From assembly GCA_044359815.1 (NCBI GenBank), contig JBIKLL010000010.1, forward strand, positions 1-55,204: a stretch of 55,204 nucleotides of DNA. The letters are read 5' to 3'. The translations under genes were made by a program, and so were the position numbers. Positions 52,623 to 55,204 of the stretch are shown in pieces; positions within the stretch are counted from its first letter, which is position 1; every line of letters starts with the position of its first letter. Origin of the DNA: Pseudobdellovibrionaceae bacterium (GTDB lineage: Bacteria; Bdellovibrionota; Bdellovibrionia; Bdellovibrionales; Bdellovibrionaceae). The notes under the pieces are model-generated. The model saw only the letters and a list, made by a program, of their open reading frames with translations. It was not told the origin of the DNA and did not search any database.

Positions 52623-53158
52623 AAATTCTGATTTTATTGTTTTGCATTTTGGGCTTACTTTCTTGCAGTGATTCCAGCAATCCTGGTGATGGTCTAGATC
52701 CGAGGGGATCATCCACCACAGCATTTATTGTAACCGAAGGAGACAGTTGCTTTTGTGCCGAGATCATAGCCGCCTCGACCGAATGCACTTTAAAAGCTCC
52801 TCGTTTAACAATTAAAAATTTCAGACTTCATTGGAACAAACCCAAAGTGAACTTCGAAATCATTGCAGTTGTTCTGAAATACTCAGTCTCAGGAACTACA
52901 AATAGTTATCAGTTGTCTGATGATGAAATCAAGGCATCCATTACGCCACCCAATCAAAAGGGTCCCAATGATTTCGTCAATGCCAACACTTCAATTTGCA
53001 GTGGATTAAAATTCGGAAGCCTTGCTATTCCCACCAGTAAGGGGCCGTTTTCCATCCCTGGCAGACTGGTGGTAAAGGGACTTCTAACCACTGATGCCGG
53101 CGATGAGTCCACGGGCTTTATCGAGCACGAAGTCACTATAAATGGCGAAATCTTTTAG
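52619..53158 (+). CDS. Hypothetical lipoprotein coupled to pilQ
   Basis: Lipobox LLSC; GTGA overlap with the pilQ stop; beta-rich with 4 further Cys. Confidence 0.7.
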   Translation: MKILILLFCILGLLSCSDSSNPGDGLDPRGSSTTAFIVTEGDSCFCAEIIAASTECTLKAPRLTIKNFRLHWNKPKVNFEIIAVVLKYSVSGTTNSYQLSDDEIKASITPPNQKGPNDFVNANTSICSGLKFGSLAIPTSKGPFSIPGRLVVKGLLTTDAGDESTGFIEHEVTINGEIF

Positions 53159-53193
53159 TTGATCATGACTGTGTCTTTCCACTAAAAAGAATC

Positions 53194-54444
53194 ATGGATC
53201 TTTTTAATCATATGACTGGTAACAATTTAATAGGCACTCCGCTAGCTGAAGCTCAGCGCCCCACCACTTTTGAACAATGGGTGGGGCAGGATCAACTGGT
53301 CAACCAAATCAAAGGTTTTATTAAAAACAATTTTCTTCCCAGTATGGTTTTTCATGGTCCCCCTGGTTCTGGCAAAACCACTATGGCCAGATTAATTTCA
53401 AAAAACTTTTCAGCTCAGTTTGTTCAACTCAATGCCGTCGACACTGGGGCAAAAATTTTAAAAGAAGTGGGCGAAAAAGCAAAAGCTGATCGGTTACTGC
53501 ACTCAACTCGAACAGTTGTGTTTGTTGACGAAATCCATCGTTTGACGACCTCTCAACAGGATATTTTTCTGCCTTTTCTTGAATCCGGTGATTTTATTTT
53601 GATTGGTGCCACCACCGAAAATCCCAGCTTCGAACTCAACAAAGCTTTGCTCAGTCGGTGCAAAGTTTTGCGCTTTCAGGTCCCCTCTGAACAGGATCTC
53701 GGTAAGGTTTTTGATTCTGTCACATCTTCGCTCATAAAGTCAGATTTTTCGGACCCCACTTTTAGGGACGAACTGATCAGATGGTCCAAAGGGGATTTTC
53801 GCAAAATGATTTCAGCCATCGAAGACCTTGGGTTTTCTGAACTTCCCAGACCCTTTCAGTGGGAAAGTGTGAATGATTATTTAATGAAGACTCCGCTGAG
53901 CTATGACAAAAGCGGCAGCTCCCATCACGATTTTGTTTCGGCCTTAATAAAATCCATTCGCGGCAGCGACGTGGATGCGGCTTTATTGTATTTATCCTAT
54001 ATGATTCGTTCTGGTGAGGACCTCAATTTCATCTGCCGCCGCTTGATTGTGCTGGCATCCGAGGACATCGGCAATGCTGACCCCAGGGCTCTCACCATGG
54101 CTGTTTCCTGCCAGCAGGCGGTTGATGTGGTAGGGTATCCCGAGGCTTCAATTATTTTAGGCCAAACGGTTTGTTATCTGGCCTGTGCCCCTAAATCCAA
54201 TTCTTCCTACAAGGCCATAAAGGCTGCACAGCATTTTATAGATACTGTCGGCACTCTCCAGGTCCCACCGGTTTTAAAATCACCAGTATCAGATCAGTAT
54301 AAATACCCTCACGATCATCCAAAAAACTGGGTGGACCAAAATTACTGGCCAGAAAAACTACCCAAACAGTCCTTTTACCAACCCGGCTCCAGCGGTTTTG
54401 AAAAAAACATAAAAGACTTCTTAGCTTGGCTCAAGGGTAAGTAA
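53194..54444 (+). CDS. rarA: Replication-associated recombination protein A (MgsA/RarA)
   Basis: PLAE..RP, GPPGSGKTT, DEIHR, GATTENPSF, SALIKSIRGSD, ASEDIGNADP, PKSNS, YKYPHD. Confidence 0.96.
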   Translation: MDLFNHMTGNNLIGTPLAEAQRPTTFEQWVGQDQLVNQIKGFIKNNFLPSMVFHGPPGSGKTTMARLISKNFSAQFVQLNAVDTGAKILKEVGEKAKADRLLHSTRTVVFVDEIHRLTTSQQDIFLPFLESGDFILIGATTENPSFELNKALLSRCKVLRFQVPSEQDLGKVFDSVTSSLIKSDFSDPTFRDELIRWSKGDFRKMISAIEDLGFSELPRPFQWESVNDYLMKTPLSYDKSGSSHHDFVSALIKSIRGSDVDAALLYLSYMIRSGEDLNFICRRLIVLASEDIGNADPRALTMAVSCQQAVDVVGYPEASIILGQTVCYLACAPKSNSSYKAIKAAQHFIDTVGTLQVPPVLKSPVSDQYKYPHDHPKNWVDQNYWPEKLPKQSFYQPGSSGFEKNIKDFLAWLKGK

Positions 54445-54550
54445 TCATATCCCATATCATTTTTTCAGATCCAGCAAGGGGTTCCAGTTTTTCAACCTCT
54501 TCTGTCTCCTTTTAGTGTAAACCCTGTTTACCAATTTCCACGGAGCTTTT

Positions 54551-55015
54551 ATGAAATCATTAATAATTTTTGTATCATTGTTGTCTTTCAATCAGGTATT
54601 TGCCACTGCCTATACGCCGATTTTGGCCAAGGTAACTATGGGAACATCTTACCATCCACAGGACACAACATGTTTGGTAACTCGTGGACCAGCGGTCAGC
54701 GAACAGTTTGGTTTCAAAGGTCTTGTTCAAAACCAAGTCTGGGCATTGGGGCAGCTTAAAAATCAATCTTTAAAAATCTTTATAGATAAGGACGTCGTTG
54801 ATTCAGTGATCCCTGATGTCCTAACCAAAACTCCTGCAAAAATCGGTCAGGGCAAAATCAGATACCAATACTTCATCATCAATGGTGATCAAAAACATCT
54901 TTTTGAAGCTTATGGTTTTGGTGTCAGAATCACTTCGCGTTCAACAGTATCCAGCACCCTACGCAATTTCGTAGACCATGTCTGTACTCCCCAACTTCCT
55001 GTCATCCGCTGGTAA
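54551..55015 (+). CDS. Hypothetical secreted protein
   Basis: 154 aa with a signal peptide, GGAG SD and two Cys. Confidence 0.7.
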   Translation: MKSLIIFVSLLSFNQVFATAYTPILAKVTMGTSYHPQDTTCLVTRGPAVSEQFGFKGLVQNQVWALGQLKNQSLKIFIDKDVVDSVIPDVLTKTPAKIGQGKIRYQYFIINGDQKHLFEAYGFGVRITSRSTVSSTLRNFVDHVCTPQLPVIRW

Positions 55016-55023
55016 AAATCTCC

Positions 55024-55057
55024 AAATAAAAAATGGGATCCAGATATTTAGATCCCA
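55024..55057 (-). terminator. Intrinsic terminator for a minus-strand gene (possibly bidirectional)
   Basis: TGGGATC (55034-40) and GATCCCA (55051-57) form a stem; the plus-strand A tract 55024-33 is a U-tail on the minus strand. Confidence 0.6.
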
Positions 55058-55089
55058 CTGTTCAATGCCATTTCCTGAATAATCTGTAA

Positions 55090-55203
55090 CTAAAACGTAG
55101 CGTGGACCGCTAATTCTGCACCGCTAATTTTACCTTTTCTCTCAGTATTAACTTCTATATTTTCACCATAGAATCCTCGAATTCTTTCTGTTTCAATTCC
55201 TTT
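55090..55203 (-). CDS. 3' end of a gene entering from outside the window, possibly an outer-membrane protein
   Basis: Open frame ...KGIETERIRGFYGENIEVNTERKGKISGAELAVHATF* with a C-terminal Phe, followed by the terminator above. Confidence 0.45.
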   Translation of the reverse strand, partial: KGIETERIRGFYGENIEVNTERKGKISGAELAVHATF

Positions 55204-55204
55204 G

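Noticed and set aside
55107..55129. Direct repeat ACCGCTAATT x2
   Set aside because: Only two short copies inside a probable coding region; likely chance.

Overview
This is an AT-rich chromosomal segment from a Bdellovibrionota-like predatory bacterium, inferred from gene content and order. Genes in order: an MCP, an FtsB-like protein, an XRE regulator, polA, a lipoprotein, a FliL-like protein, an FHA-sigma54 activator, engB-kdsB-pyrG-kdsD, a ten-gene Glt/Agl gliding cluster (gltB-A-C-D-E-F-G, aglR-Q-S), a probable lptC/A fusion with lptB-rpoN, a divergent potD/potABC polyamine ABC transporter, an hpf-like gene, metK-lepA-lepB x3, pyrB-carA-orf-carB, a PhnD-like binding protein, pilH/I-like ABC genes, pilD, pilMNOPQ, a lipoprotein, rarA and a hypothetical gene. 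I found no rRNA, tRNA, CRISPR array or transposase. The most unusual sequence is non-coding. (1) A 371-bp element at 13070-13440 has five complementary segment pairs in the permuted order A-B-C-D-E-E'-B'-C'-D'-A'. It has matched 2-nt junction cores and a 72-74-nt register, so it reads as a hairpin with two cross-complementary internal bubbles that could form a double-crossover or knot-like fold. (2) A perfect 74-bp inverted repeat at 5562-5778 is MITE-like and supplies the stop codons of two convergent genes. All protein calls come from motif recognition by eye; no searches were run.
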